From assembly GCA_965249355.1 (NCBI GenBank), contig CBDFLW010000004.1, positions 446,653-510,652 on the forward strand: a stretch of 64,000 nt of DNA, in the 5' to 3' direction. Under the pieces are notes generated by a model, which worked only from the letters and a program-made list of their open reading frames with translations, made no database searches and was not told the DNA's origin. Below, one piece after another: positions 17,355 to 27,426 of this stretch. Position 1 is the first letter of the stretch. Each line of letters starts with the position of its first letter. The position numbers and the translations under genes are program-made. The stretch comes from Dehalococcoidia bacterium. GTDB taxonomy: Bacteria; Chloroflexota; Dehalococcoidia; Lucifugimonadales; UBA3495.

Positions 17355-18638
17355 ATGCCGGCATACGCCGTTATCGGAGGACAGTGGGGCGACGAGGGCA
17401 AGGGGAAAGTCATAGATTACCTTGCCGGGGAGGTGGATAGTGTCGTGCGTTTCGCCGGCGGCAACAACGCGGGCCACACCGTCGTCAACGATGAAGGAGT
17501 CTTCCAGCTCCACCTTGTGCCTTCCGGCATCTGCTGGCCAGACGTTGACGGCATCATTGGCAACGGAGTGGTGGTCGATCCCGACGTACTGACCGAGGAG
17601 ATGGAGATGCTGCGCAACCGCGGCATCGACACCAGCAAGCTGCACGTCAGCGAACGCGCCCACGTAATCATGCCCTACCACGTACTGCTTGATGCGCTGG
17701 AGGAGAAGGCCAGAGGAGCCAGCGCCATCGGCACAACAGGCCGCGGCATCGGCCCTGCCTACGTCGACAAGACCGGCCGCTCCGGCATTCGCGTCGGCGA
17801 CCTGCTGGACTGGGAGGCCCTGGCACCCAAGCTGAAAAGCGTGCTCGAGCAGAAAAACGCCATCATCACCAAGATCCACGGAGCGGAGCCGCTGGCCTAC
17901 GAGGACGTGAAGGCCAAGTGCAAGAAGTGGGCGGAACAGCTCCGTCCCTACGCCCACCCCACCGAACAGATCGTGCAGGACCGGCTGGCCCTGGGCAAGC
18001 GCGTCCTGCTGGAGGGCGCTCAGGGCACGCTGCTTGACCTGGATCACGGCTCCTATCCCTACGTCACGTCGTCGTCGCCCTCCATCGGCGGCGCCTGCAC
18101 CGGCCTGGGACTCAGCCCGCAGTCCATTGCCGGCGTGCTGGGAGTGTTCAAAGCATACTCCACCCGGGTGGGCGGTGGTCCCATGCCCTCGGAAATAACC
18201 GACGAATTCGCCGAGCGGATACGCGAAATCGCCCAGGAATACGGCACCACCACCGGTCGAGCGCGACGCATCGGCTGGTTCGATGGCATAGCGGCCAAGT
18301 ACAGCCAGTTGATCAACGGTTTCACCGGCCTGGTATTGACCCGGCTCGACATCCTGGACGGCTTTGAGTCGGTCAAAATATGCGTGGGATACGACGTGAA
18401 CGGCGAGGCTGTGAACCGGTTCCCGGCAAACACTTCGCTGTTGGCCCGTTGCGAGCCGGTCTATGAAGAGATGCCGGGCTGGAACGAGCCCACGGCCAGC
18501 GCCACCAGGCTGTGCCAGCTGCCCGCCAACGCCGTCGCCTACATTCGCCGCATAGAGGAACTTGTCGGCTGCCAGGTGCAGATAGTTTCCACCGGCCCCA
18601 GCCGCGCCGAGACCATCCAGCTGAGCCCGGTGTTCTAG
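17355..18638 (+). CDS. purA: adenylosuccinate synthetase
   Basis: GGQWGDEGKGKVIDYL, GGNNAGHTV, TTGRGIGPAY, TTTGRARRIGWFD. Confidence 0.95.
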   Translation: MPAYAVIGGQWGDEGKGKVIDYLAGEVDSVVRFAGGNNAGHTVVNDEGVFQLHLVPSGICWPDVDGIIGNGVVVDPDVLTEEMEMLRNRGIDTSKLHVSERAHVIMPYHVLLDALEEKARGASAIGTTGRGIGPAYVDKTGRSGIRVGDLLDWEALAPKLKSVLEQKNAIITKIHGAEPLAYEDVKAKCKKWAEQLRPYAHPTEQIVQDRLALGKRVLLEGAQGTLLDLDHGSYPYVTSSSPSIGGACTGLGLSPQSIAGVLGVFKAYSTRVGGGPMPSEITDEFAERIREIAQEYGTTTGRARRIGWFDGIAAKYSQLINGFTGLVLTRLDILDGFESVKICVGYDVNGEAVNRFPANTSLLARCEPVYEEMPGWNEPTASATRLCQLPANAVAYIRRIEELVGCQVQIVSTGPSRAETIQLSPVF

Positions 18639-18655
18639 GTTATGGAGCGGGAGCG

Positions 18656-19318
18656 GTGACCTTAATCTCCACCACGGCCGATCTGCTGCGCCTGTTGCGG
18701 GAGGACCCGGACTTCCGGGACGAAGTTCGGCGTCTGATCCTGTCGCAAGAGTTGATCGAACTGCCAGAGCGCTTCGCTCGGTTCGAGGCCTACGTTGAGC
18801 GGCAGTTCACCGAGATACGCGGCGACATCACCGAGATGCGCGGCGACATCACCGTTGTCCACGGCGATTTGGGCAGGCTCAAAGGCGCGGAATACGAACG
18901 CAAGGTCAGCCGGGTCTTTGCGAGTTACGCGAGTGCAGCGTTCAGACTGCGCCATAATCGTCCGCTTCGCCGTAACAAGTTGCTGCTCACTGCAGGCCAG
19001 GGTCCAACAGCGGAATACGAGGAAATTCTAGCCACCGTTTTCGACAACGGAGAGATATCCGCGGACGATTTGGGGGAACTCCAACAGGCTGACGCTGTGA
19101 TGATGGGGCAGGATCAAGGCGAAGCCGTCTATTTCGTGGGTGAATTCTCCGTCACCGTCAACAATAACGACATTGACCGCGCCATCGCCCGGGCCGGTAT
19201 TCTCGGCAGGGTAACCGGATCACAGGCTTGGCCCATGGTGGTCGGCGACACCATTCCTGAGCCGCAGCGAACCAGGGCGGAGACTGAGGGAGTCGCGTTC
19301 AGACAGGTGGCGGAGTAA
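18656..19318 (+). CDS. hypothetical coiled-coil protein with a possible PD-(D/E)XK-like C-terminal half
   Basis: GTG at 18656, just after the purA stop. The N-terminal half is helical and contains a 21-bp tandem repeat (TEIRGDITEMRGDIT). The C-terminal half reads ...ADAVMMG...AVYFVGEFSVTVNNNDIDRAIARAGIL. The family assignment is from memory only. Confidence 0.5.
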   Translation: MTLISTTADLLRLLREDPDFRDEVRRLILSQELIELPERFARFEAYVERQFTEIRGDITEMRGDITVVHGDLGRLKGAEYERKVSRVFASYASAAFRLRHNRPLRRNKLLLTAGQGPTAEYEEILATVFDNGEISADDLGELQQADAVMMGQDQGEAVYFVGEFSVTVNNNDIDRAIARAGILGRVTGSQAWPMVVGDTIPEPQRTRAETEGVAFRQVAE

Positions 19319-19361
19319 CCCCCCAAACTGCTGGGCAGCCATCAAAACCCAGAAATGAAAC

Positions 19362-19390
19362 GGCCCCGCCAATCGGCGGGGCCACTTTTT
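19362..19390. terminator. bidirectional terminator hairpin between the hypothetical gene and dapA
   Basis: Stem ggccccgcc, loop aatc, stem ggcggggcc, followed by acttttt on the plus strand and a T-rich stretch on the minus strand. Confidence 0.6.
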
Positions 19391-19414
19391 AAACTGGTAT
19401 GTCCGAAAGAGCAG

Positions 19415-20305
19415 CTAGACCGGCAGATCGATGGTGTACTGGGACATCACCTTGTCGATCTCTGAGGCGGCCTTGTCGGAGGCAGGCACCAGCGGTAGGC
19501 GCGGGTTCCCGACGTTGAAGCCGGCCTTGTTCACGCCGTACTTGACCGGGATGGGGTTGGACTCGACGAACAGCACCTTGAACATCGGCAGCATCCGGCG
19601 GTGCTCGGCCGCCGAGGCCTCGACATCACCCTCCAGCAACAGTCCCATCATCTGCTTGATCTGGCTGCCAATGAGGTGCGACGCGACGCTGACCACACCA
19701 TAGCCGCCCGTCGCCATGATGTAGTAGGTCTCGTTGTCGTTGCCGCTCCAGACCAGGAACCCCGGCTTGGCGCCATCGATGATGCGAGTGATCTGGTCCA
19801 TGTCGCTGCCCGCTTCCTTGATGCCCACGATCCTTTCCAGCTCGCTGAGCCTGATGGTGGTCTCGTGGCTCATGTTCAGGCTGGTGCGGCTGGTCACGTT
19901 GTACAGGATAGCTGGCAGGTTGGTGCTCTCGGATATGGCCTTGAAGTGCTGGTACAGGCCCTCTTGCGGCGGTTTGTTGTAGTAGGGGACCACCAGCAAC
20001 AGCCCGTCCACGCCGACCTTCTCCGCCTCTTGGCTGAGCTCAATGCTCTCGGCCGTGTTGTAGCTGCCGGTGCCGGCGATGACCGCGCCCCGCTCGCCGA
20101 CCGCATCCTTGACCTCGCCGTACAGACGTAGTTTCTCCTCGGTCGACAGCGTGGGCGACTCGCCTGTGGTGCCGGACACGATGACGGCATCGCTGCCGGA
20201 GTCAAGAAGGGCGTTGGCCAGCCGCTTGGCCTGATCGTAGTCAACATTCCCTTCGGCGTCGAAAGGTGTGACCATCGCGGTTATCAGCCTGCCTATTTCA
20301 GTCAT
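19415..20305 (-). CDS. dapA: 4-hydroxy-tetrahydrodipicolinate synthase
   Basis: ITAMVTPFD...VIVSGTTGESPTLS...YNKP...IVGIKEA. Confidence 0.95.
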   Translation of the reverse strand: MTEIGRLITAMVTPFDAEGNVDYDQAKRLANALLDSGSDAVIVSGTTGESPTLSTEEKLRLYGEVKDAVGERGAVIAGTGSYNTAESIELSQEAEKVGVDGLLLVVPYYNKPPQEGLYQHFKAISESTNLPAILYNVTSRTSLNMSHETTIRLSELERIVGIKEAGSDMDQITRIIDGAKPGFLVWSGNDNETYYIMATGGYGVVSVASHLIGSQIKQMMGLLLEGDVEASAAEHRRMLPMFKVLFVESNPIPVKYGVNKAGFNVGNPRLPLVPASDKAASEIDKVMSQYTIDLPV

Positions 20306-20413
20306 GGTTGCCCTCCATCAATTCCGTTTGCGGAAACTCTGGCTCTCACTTTTTCGCTCATTATACCCGTGGCTGTCACACTCGCAACCCTCCAGGACCC
20401 AGGGTTCCTCATT

Positions 20414-20524
20414 CTTCCCCGGCTTTGAAGGAGAGGGCCGGGGTGAAGGTGGAATGTTTCAAAGGAGCGAAGTTTGCCAGCGTGGAACGCCCTCACCTTC
20501 ACACTCTTCAGAGGGAAAGGGAAA
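20414..20524. repeat. convergent pair of degenerate REP-A units
   Basis: cttccccggctttgaaggagagggccggggtgaaggtgg (20414-20452) and cgccctcaccttcacactcttcagagggaaagggaaa (20488-20524, reverse orientation). Confidence 0.7.
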
Positions 20525-20526
20525 TG

Positions 20527-21612
20527 TCAGCCTATAACTCGCGATGCGCTGGCGTTGGCGACGCGGGGCTTCAGGCGGCCCCGGGACAGTAGTTCCTCGG
20601 CGATCTGCAGGCTGTTGAGCGCGGCGCCCTTGCGGAGATTGTCCGATACGATCCACATGGCCAGGCCGTTTGGATTGGATAGATCCTGCCGGATGCGGCC
20701 CACGAACACGTCGTCCTCGCCGGACACGTCCCACGGCATGGGATAGGCGGCACTGGCCGGGTCGTCCAGCACGGTCAGGCCGGGCATCCCCGCCAGAGCT
20801 TCGCGTGCCTCGCCCACAGACACTGGCCGCTCGAACTCCAGGTGCACCGCCGCGCTGTGGGACACGTAGACGGGAACCCGGACGCAGGTAGCGGAAATCT
20901 GGAGGCCGGAGTCGTGCAGGATCTTCTGCGACTCCTGTCGCATCTTCTGTTCTTCGTAGGTGTAGCCCGTGTCCATGAAACGGTCGATCTGGGGTATCAG
21001 ATTGTAGGCGATCTGACCCGGCTCGCTGGCAGTGGCGCTGTGGTCGGCGTCCATCAGCCGCTCCGACTGCTCTCGCAGACCTGCCACCAGCGACGCACCC
21101 GCTCCGGAAACCGACTGGTAGGTGTCGGCGATGATCCGGCGTATGGGGCTAACATCCCGCAGCGGGTGGGCAGCCATAACCAGCGGCGTGGTGGAGCAGT
21201 TGGGAATGGATATGATTCCCTCGTGCCACTCCACGTCCTCGCCGTTGACCTCGGGCACCACCAGTGGCACGTTGGCCTCCATGCGGAAAGCCGAACCGTC
21301 GTCGATGACCACTGCTCCAGCGGCCACTGCGTGCGGCGCCAATTGGCGGCTCACCTCGGAACTGGCCGAGATGAAGGCCACGTCCACGCCCTCGAAGGAG
21401 TCCACCGTGGCTTCCTCGACCACCAGCTCCTTGCCGCCGACGGTGATGCGCTTGCCGGCGGAGCGGCTGGACGCCATCAGCCGCAGGCGGGGCATCCCGC
21501 CCTTGACTGGCGCCTCCAGGCTGCCAGGGGCGTAGCGCTGCTCCACGATGCGCAGGAACTCTGCGCCCACGGCTCCGGTAGCGCCAACCACGGCAATGGT
21601 CAAGTCTTCCAC
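20527..21612 (-). CDS. asd: aspartate-semialdehyde dehydrogenase
   Basis: IAVVGATGAVG...IPNCSTTPL...QSVSGAG...DNLRKGAALN. Confidence 0.95.
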   Translation of the reverse strand: MEDLTIAVVGATGAVGAEFLRIVEQRYAPGSLEAPVKGGMPRLRLMASSRSAGKRITVGGKELVVEEATVDSFEGVDVAFISASSEVSRQLAPHAVAAGAVVIDDGSAFRMEANVPLVVPEVNGEDVEWHEGIISIPNCSTTPLVMAAHPLRDVSPIRRIIADTYQSVSGAGASLVAGLREQSERLMDADHSATASEPGQIAYNLIPQIDRFMDTGYTYEEQKMRQESQKILHDSGLQISATCVRVPVYVSHSAAVHLEFERPVSVGEAREALAGMPGLTVLDDPASAAYPMPWDVSGEDDVFVGRIRQDLSNPNGLAMWIVSDNLRKGAALNSLQIAEELLSRGRLKPRVANASASRVIG

Positions 21613-21651
21613 GGGTTACACCTTCTCCTTCAGTTGAGAATCACCAAATTA

Positions 21652-21840
21652 CTATACCAGACGGGTTGCTTTCGATGCCTCTGCATTGGCGAGAACGGGG
21701 GTGAGCATATTGGCCGCGGGATTGAACGGGACGCCGCCGGATAACTTGCGGCCATCGTCAAGGGAAACCGACAGTTCATAGTAAAATTCCGTCTCAGCCC
21801 AGGCCTGCTCGCCGTTTCCGATCCACAGATAGCCGCTCAA
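21652..21840 (-). CDS. small hypothetical ORF between dapB and asd
   Basis: TTG-initiated 62-aa ORF. The open frame extends to about 21908 without an ATG. GC is lower than in the neighbours. No recognisable motif. Confidence 0.25.
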   Translation of the reverse strand: MSGYLWIGNGEQAWAETEFYYELSVSLDDGRKLSGGVPFNPAANMLTPVLANAEASKATRLV

Positions 21841-21970
21841 CCTCTCAAGGCTTACGTCCAGGTTCTCCAGCTTGAGCGACCTCTCAATTCTCCCCGCGAT
21901 ATCCGGCAGTTACACGAACTCCGCTCGAAAAGCAGGGTGAAAGTCTACGTCCCGTGCCATGCCTACAGAC

Positions 21971-22756
21971 CTACAGGCCGAGGACGTTCTCCAGGCCGAC
22001 GACCAGGCCGGGCTTCGCGTTGGCTTCGCGGATGCAGCGTACGACGCCGGGCATGTAGCAGTCGCGGCCGAGGGTGTCGTGGCGGAGCGTGACGGTCTGG
22101 CCCGCGGCACCGAAGATGACCTCGTGGTGGGCGCTCCTGCCCGGCAGGCGGACGCTGTGAACGGTGACGCCGTTGACGTTTCCGCCCCGGGTCTCCGGCA
22201 GGTTCTCCTTCTCGGTCACATTGCGGTTGAACTGCTTCCGCTCGGAGAGACTGTTGGCCAGCGCCAGCGAGAATCCGGAGGGGGCGTCGATTTTCATCTC
22301 GTGGTGGGACTCCACGATGTCGACGAATTCGAAGAAGGGAGCGGCCTGCTCGGCCAGCTTCTTCAGCACGATGGCGCCCAGGGCGAAGTTGGGCGCGACT
22401 ATGATGCCCACGCCGTTGTCGTTGGCCAGCGCGTCCAGCTGCGCGTGGTGGTCGGCGTTGAGGCCACTGGCACCCAACACCAAGTTTATTTTACGCGTTG
22501 CGGCGGTGTGAGCCGCCTCCATGCAGGCGGTGGAGTTGGTGAAGTCCACCATGGCATCGGGCCGCGTGTCATCGAGCATTTGCGCCAGATCGATAGACAG
22601 TGGCACATCCCCAGAGGGCGTGGACAGCACGCCGCCCCGGTCGGTGCGGCACACCGCGCCAACCAGTTCCATATCATTTTCGCGGCAGACAGCGGCGATG
22701 GTCTCGACGCCCATCTTGCCAGTTGCGCCATGAATCACGACTCGAATCGCTGCCAT
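21971..22756 (-). CDS. dapB: 4-hydroxy-tetrahydrodipicolinate reductase
   Basis: IRVVIHGATGKMG...ESHHEMKIDAPSGF... Confidence 0.9.
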   Translation of the reverse strand: MAAIRVVIHGATGKMGVETIAAVCRENDMELVGAVCRTDRGGVLSTPSGDVPLSIDLAQMLDDTRPDAMVDFTNSTACMEAAHTAATRKINLVLGASGLNADHHAQLDALANDNGVGIIVAPNFALGAIVLKKLAEQAAPFFEFVDIVESHHEMKIDAPSGFSLALANSLSERKQFNRNVTEKENLPETRGGNVNGVTVHSVRLPGRSAHHEVIFGAAGQTVTLRHDTLGRDCYMPGVVRCIREANAKPGLVVGLENVLGL

Positions 22757-22808
22757 CTTTTCCTCCGTACGGAATGGTTGAATTCAGAAGTTAGATATCT
22801 GCCTTGAT

Positions 22809-22849
22809 TAAAAGCGGAGAGCGCAGAGAAAACAAGCTCTCTGCGCTCT
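22809..22849 (-). terminator. rho-independent terminator downstream of pnp
   Basis: 12-bp stem agagcgcagaga (22818-22829) pairs with tctctgcgctct (22838-22849). The minus-strand transcript continues CCGCUUUUA. Confidence 0.6.
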
Positions 22850-22873
22850 TTGCCATCGAATGTTTGACCGGGT

Positions 22874-25201
22874 TTAGCTTTGAGGGGCGCTTGGGCCTCG
22901 CCCACCGCCGTCGAAGCGGCGGTCCGGTCCAGCTGCGGGGCCACGACCGCCCCCCGCGGGGCGACCGCCGCCACCTCCGCCGTTGCGACGTCCGCCGCCG
23001 GGGCCACCACGGCCACCGCCGCTGAAGCCTCCGGGCCGTCCTCCCCGGTCACCGCCGCGTCCACCGCGGTCGAAGCCAGGGCGCCCGGCGTCAGGGCGCG
23101 GCGCGGGTGGGCTGTCGTCGCCGAACAGGGCCCGGCGGGACAGGTTGACCCGGCCCTGCGAGTCGATCTCGTGGATCATCACCGTGATTTCCTGGCCTTC
23201 GACCAGGTCCTCCTCCAAATCACCCAGATCGCCGTTGCGGATCAGGCCGTCACGTCCCGGTACCAGCTCGATAAAGGCGCCGAAGTTGGTCAGGCGCACC
23301 ACCTTGCCGGTGAAGATATCGCCGATGGCCAGCTCGCGTGTCAGGCTGTCCACCTTGGACTGGGCCATCTCGAGCATGGTCTGGTCCACCCCGCCGATGG
23401 TCACCGTGCCATCGTCCTGCACATCGATGGACGTTCCGGTCTCCTCCTGGATGCCACGGATGACGCGGCCGCCCGGTCCGATGAGGGCGCCGATCTTGTC
23501 GGAGTTGATCTTTAGCCGGATCATCTTGGGGGCGTGGGGGCTCATCTGGCTCTTGGAGGTGGTGATGACCTGGGCCATCCGGTCCATTATGTACAGCCGC
23601 CCGACGCGGGCCTGCTCCAGAGCCTGGGCCAGTATCTCCTGGGTCAGGCCGGTCCACTTGATGTCCATCTGCAGGGCGTTTACCCCGGCAGCGGTGCCGG
23701 CCACCTTGAAGTCCATGTCGCCCAGGAAGTCCTCGATGCCCTGGATGTCGCTCAGGATGGCATACTGGCCGTCATCGCCGGTAACCAGCCCCATGGCGAT
23801 TCCGCCCACCGGCGCTTTGATGGGGATGCCCGCGTCCATCAGCCCCAGCGAGGTGCCGCAGACGCTGCCCATGGAGGTGCTGCCGTTGGAGCTGAGCACT
23901 TCCGACACCACGCGAATGGCGTAGGGGAACTCGTCTTCCGAGGGCAACACAGGGAGAATGGCGCGCTCTGCCAGCGCTCCGTGGCCGATCTCGCGGCGTC
24001 CCGGGGAGCCGACCCGGCGGGCCTCGCCGGTGGAGAAGGACGGGAAGTTGTAGTGGTGCATGAACCGCTTGCTGTTATCCGGCCCCACGGTATCGAGGTT
24101 CTGCTTCATGGATAGCGACCCAACGGTGACGGTTGATAGCACCTGCGTGATGCCGCGGGTAAACAGGCCTGAGCCGTGGGTGCGGGGCAGAATGCCCACC
24201 TCGCACGAAATGGGGCGGATCTCCTCCAGCGCCCGTCCGTCGGGGCGGATGTGCTGCTCCAGGATGCGGCGGCGCACCTCGTCCCGCATTACGCCCTTGA
24301 ATCCCTCGGAGAGCACCTTGTTTCCAAACTCCTCGGCCAGCTTTTCGCTGACCTCGTCGCGCAGGGCGTTCTCGCGGGCTTCAAGGGCCACCTTGTCCAG
24401 GTTCTCCCCCAGGGCGTCGGCGAGCCGGGTACCCACGACTGAGCGGATGCTGTCGTCGAGCTTCTTGGCGGCCTCTTTGTCGGTCTTAACCTCCAGCTTG
24501 GGCTGGCCGACCTGGGCTGCCAGCTCCTCGATCAGGCCGATGATCTCCAAGTTGGCCTCTTGGGCGCGCCTGATGGCTTCGAGGATGATCTCTTCCGACA
24601 CCTCGTTGGCGCCCGCTTCCACCATGATGATAGCGTCGCGGGTTCCGCTGATGACCATGCTCAGGGTGCTGTCGTTGCTTTCTTCGTAGGTGGGGTTAAT
24701 TACGTATTGCCCGTTGCGGTAGGCGATGCGGCAGGCACCGATGGGGCCTTCGAAGGGAATCTGCGAGATTGCCAGGGCCGCAGAGGCGCCGACCATGGCG
24801 AGCATTTCCGGCGGATTTTCCTGGTCGGCGGAGAGCACGGTTAGGGTGATCTGCAGGTCGTTGTGCAGGCCCTTTGGAAACAGTGGGCGGAGGGAGCGGT
24901 CCGTGAGCCGCGAGGCCAGGACGCCATCCTGTCCGGGCCTGCCCTCCCGCCGGAAAAAGCTGCCTGGGATGCGCCCGGCGGCGTACAACCTTTCTTCGTA
25001 GTCCACGGTCAGGGGCAGGAAATCGATGTCTTCGGCCCGGGGGCGGTCCGACATCACCGCGGTGGCCAGGACGATGGACTCCCCGTAGCGGACGGTGACC
25101 GCTCCGTGGGCCTGGAAGGCGAGACGGCCTGTTTCGAGGACCAGGGTTTCACCGCCGATTTCTCTGTGGACGACGGTTGGAGATGCTAGTTCAGTTGCCA
25201 T
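22874..25201 (-). CDS. pnp: polyribonucleotide nucleotidyltransferase (PNPase) with a C-terminal Arg/Gly-rich tail
   Basis: Two RNase PH domains plus KH and S1 (FTGKVVRLTNFGAFIEL), then about 75 aa of GRGG/RGG repeats. Confidence 0.95.
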   Translation of the reverse strand: MATELASPTVVHREIGGETLVLETGRLAFQAHGAVTVRYGESIVLATAVMSDRPRAEDIDFLPLTVDYEERLYAAGRIPGSFFRREGRPGQDGVLASRLTDRSLRPLFPKGLHNDLQITLTVLSADQENPPEMLAMVGASAALAISQIPFEGPIGACRIAYRNGQYVINPTYEESNDSTLSMVISGTRDAIIMVEAGANEVSEEIILEAIRRAQEANLEIIGLIEELAAQVGQPKLEVKTDKEAAKKLDDSIRSVVGTRLADALGENLDKVALEARENALRDEVSEKLAEEFGNKVLSEGFKGVMRDEVRRRILEQHIRPDGRALEEIRPISCEVGILPRTHGSGLFTRGITQVLSTVTVGSLSMKQNLDTVGPDNSKRFMHHYNFPSFSTGEARRVGSPGRREIGHGALAERAILPVLPSEDEFPYAIRVVSEVLSSNGSTSMGSVCGTSLGLMDAGIPIKAPVGGIAMGLVTGDDGQYAILSDIQGIEDFLGDMDFKVAGTAAGVNALQMDIKWTGLTQEILAQALEQARVGRLYIMDRMAQVITTSKSQMSPHAPKMIRLKINSDKIGALIGPGGRVIRGIQEETGTSIDVQDDGTVTIGGVDQTMLEMAQSKVDSLTRELAIGDIFTGKVVRLTNFGAFIELVPGRDGLIRNGDLGDLEEDLVEGQEITVMIHEIDSQGRVNLSRRALFGDDSPPAPRPDAGRPGFDRGGRGGDRGGRPGGFSGGGRGGPGGGRRNGGGGGGRPAGGGRGPAAGPDRRFDGGGRGPSAPQS

Positions 25202-25272
25202 AATATAACGCGCGACCTCACTCTAAAGTGAGTTAGTCGGGAAGACAGCAGGGGGTGGGACGAGGACTAGAC

Positions 25273-25301
25273 GAAAAACAACCCCGAGGTTGTCGGGGTT
25301 G
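25273..25301 (-). terminator. rpsO terminator / pnp leader hairpin
   Basis: The minus strand reads CAACCCCGA-CAACC-UCGGGGUUG followed by UUUUUCG. Confidence 0.7.
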
Positions 25302-25313
25302 TCAGCGAGCGTA

Positions 25314-25580
25314 TTACCGGCGCAGTCCGAGCCTGGTGATAACTGTCTGGTAGCGGTTGACGTCTTCGTTGCTGAGATAATTCAACAGGCGTCTCCGTCT
25401 GGAAACCATACTCTGCAGACCGCGACGGGAATGAACGTCCTTGCGGTGCGTCCGCAAGTGGTCGGTGAGCCGCTTGATGTTCTCAGTGAGTACCGCAACC
25501 TGGATTTCGGCGGAGCCGGTATCCTTGTCGTTGATGCGGTATTCGCGGATTATTTGCGCTTTAGATTCGCCGTCTAGCAT
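25314..25580 (-). CDS. rpsO: 30S ribosomal protein S15
   Basis: [55 protein letters not shown]. Start trimmed to the ATG at 25580. Confidence 0.95.
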   Translation of the reverse strand: MLDGESKAQIIREYRINDKDTGSAEIQVAVLTENIKRLTDHLRTHRKDVHSRRGLQSMVSRRRRLLNYLSNEDVNRYQTVITRLGLRR

Positions 25581-25676
25581 CTGGGCGTCTTTGCTCTTGC
25601 TTCTTCTGTCTCTAACTTCATCGTGAATTTTATCACGTGCGGCAACGGGTCGCAATGGCAGGGCAATCGCACCGGC

Positions 25677-27400
25677 GGGTGTCCGTCAGATTTTGGCGTG
25701 GGGTTTTGTTCCGATACTCATACGGCGCCAAGGGTGGTTGGCTGGTGGCCGCCGGTGAGTGGCTGGGGGAGGTTTGGGATTCTGCTCAGGGGCTCCCCTG
25801 AGGCTTGCCGGAGGAAGCCTCGGGCTGCTTTGGACCACCGGTCTGGTTTTCGACAGGCCAGCCTCCTTGGCTGCGGTCCCCTCTCGGGGGTTGGACTGGG
25901 CCTGCCGCCCCACCGCTGGCTTCCTGGCCTTTTTCCGCAACCTTTGGTTGATCTGTGGCCACAGCTCTTCCCACCGGTGACTGCAGACCGCCGTGCGCAG
26001 GGCCACCATCGGGTTTACGTGTTCCCTGGCCCCATGCATCCCCGAGCCTTTCAACCGGGCCTCCACCACCAGCTTGTTGGCGCTCTCCACCGCCCCGCTG
26101 CCGATGGGATACCCCTTGGCTTGGAACTCGGCATACCGGATCTGCTCCCGGCGTTTCTCCAGATATTCCAGGCTGCCTCTGACTGTCTTGAGCACTCCGG
26201 CGTCAGTCTCTTTTACCTCCGCCAATTCCCGGCACAACGCCCTGAGGCTGCCCAGCGCCTCTTCCGGCTCTCCGTGCTTCAACCGGCGCAACTGGATTCC
26301 CAGCCACTCGCTGGCGGCGGCGGTTCCCGCTCCGAAGGCGGCCTGACCCGCCTTGGCCAGATGCTCCGCCCCGTGGCACCAGTCCAGAATTCGCACCGCG
26401 TCCGGCCGGTGCAGGCCGATGAACCCCTGCTGCCACTCGGCTCCGTCCATCACCGCACACACCTTTCCGGCGCTCTCGGTGCCGCGCCGGTGTGTTTCCA
26501 CCATGGCCAGCCTGCCGAAGTTCCGGTGGTCCGTCATACGGGAGAAGTAGGACAGGTCCCGGGCCCGCGCCGCTCCTTCCGGCTAAAACTCCGGCGCAGA
26601 CTGCTCGATGATTCCGATGGCCAGGGTCTTCACCTCGGCCCATTCCCCGCCCAACAGGGGCACCATCGCTCCGTCCACGCTCAACTGCTGCAGCGCAGGT
26701 CCCAGGGGCGCCTCCCCCATCTCTGCCTCCAGCGCCTCGACCTGCTCCCTTTGCAACTCCACCAAGGCCTGCCCGCTCCTCTCGGTGACGCGGCGGGCCG
26801 TGGCCTCCGAGACCTCGGTCTGCCGGAAGTGGGCCAGCAGTTTTGCCGCTTGAGCAAAGGGCATCCAACTCCCCAACAGCGCCAGGTCCTCACTCAAGCC
26901 AGGGGTCAGGGAGCCCGGCAGCAGACCCAACTCCTCATCCAGGGGGGAAAATCCCCGTCCCGCAGGCGGGGCACACTCCTCGGCTGCGCCGCAGTTCGAT
27001 GGGCTGGTCGTGGCTGGCGCACAGCCTGCGAACCGCTTCTCCCCGGCTCCTCAGCCCACTCCCGCACCGGGGGCACCGGAAGCAATCATCCTCCCGGCCA
27101 CGGCCGATATTCCTCGCCTCGCTGGCCAGCGCCACATCCTGGAGCAACTGGGCTCGCGCCTGGCCCAAAAGCCCGTCCAGCGCCGCTTCAATCTCGGCCA
27201 AGGTTGCCCGGGGATCCGCTCCCGCCACTCCCTCATCCCCACTATCACCGTCTCCGACTCAAGGCTCCAGTTGCTCTCAATGCCCTCATCCCACATCACA
27301 ACCCATCCTATGCTCTCGTTTCCTTACCTCCTACCATATCCTCCCTCACCCGTCCTCTATGCCACTCCTACGGCCTTCCGCCAAAATCTGACGCACACCC
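25677..27400 (-). mobile_element. ISKra4-family-like insertion sequence, copy 2 (1,724 bp)
   Basis: Same ends as copy 1 (left TIR identical, right TIR cgccaaaatctgacgCacaccc with 1 mismatch). The 9-bp GCAATCGCA occurs at 25663-25671 and at 27401-27409, offset from the left end by CCGGC. Confidence 0.9.
25686..27228 (-). pseudogene. ISKra4-like DDE transposase, interrupted exactly as in copy 1 (27228-26935, 26930-26583, 26537-25686)
   Basis: The same three ORF pieces, the same in-frame TAG (26583-26585) and the same +1 break (here GGGATTTTCCCCCCTGGATGAG). Confidence 0.8.
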
Positions 27401-27426
27401 GCAATCGCATGTCAGGGTTTTTTAGT

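Noticed and set aside
16845-18047. 400-aa minus-strand ORF.
   Set aside because: It is antisense to purA and overlaps the yqeY-like gene. It has no motifs, while purA is unambiguous.
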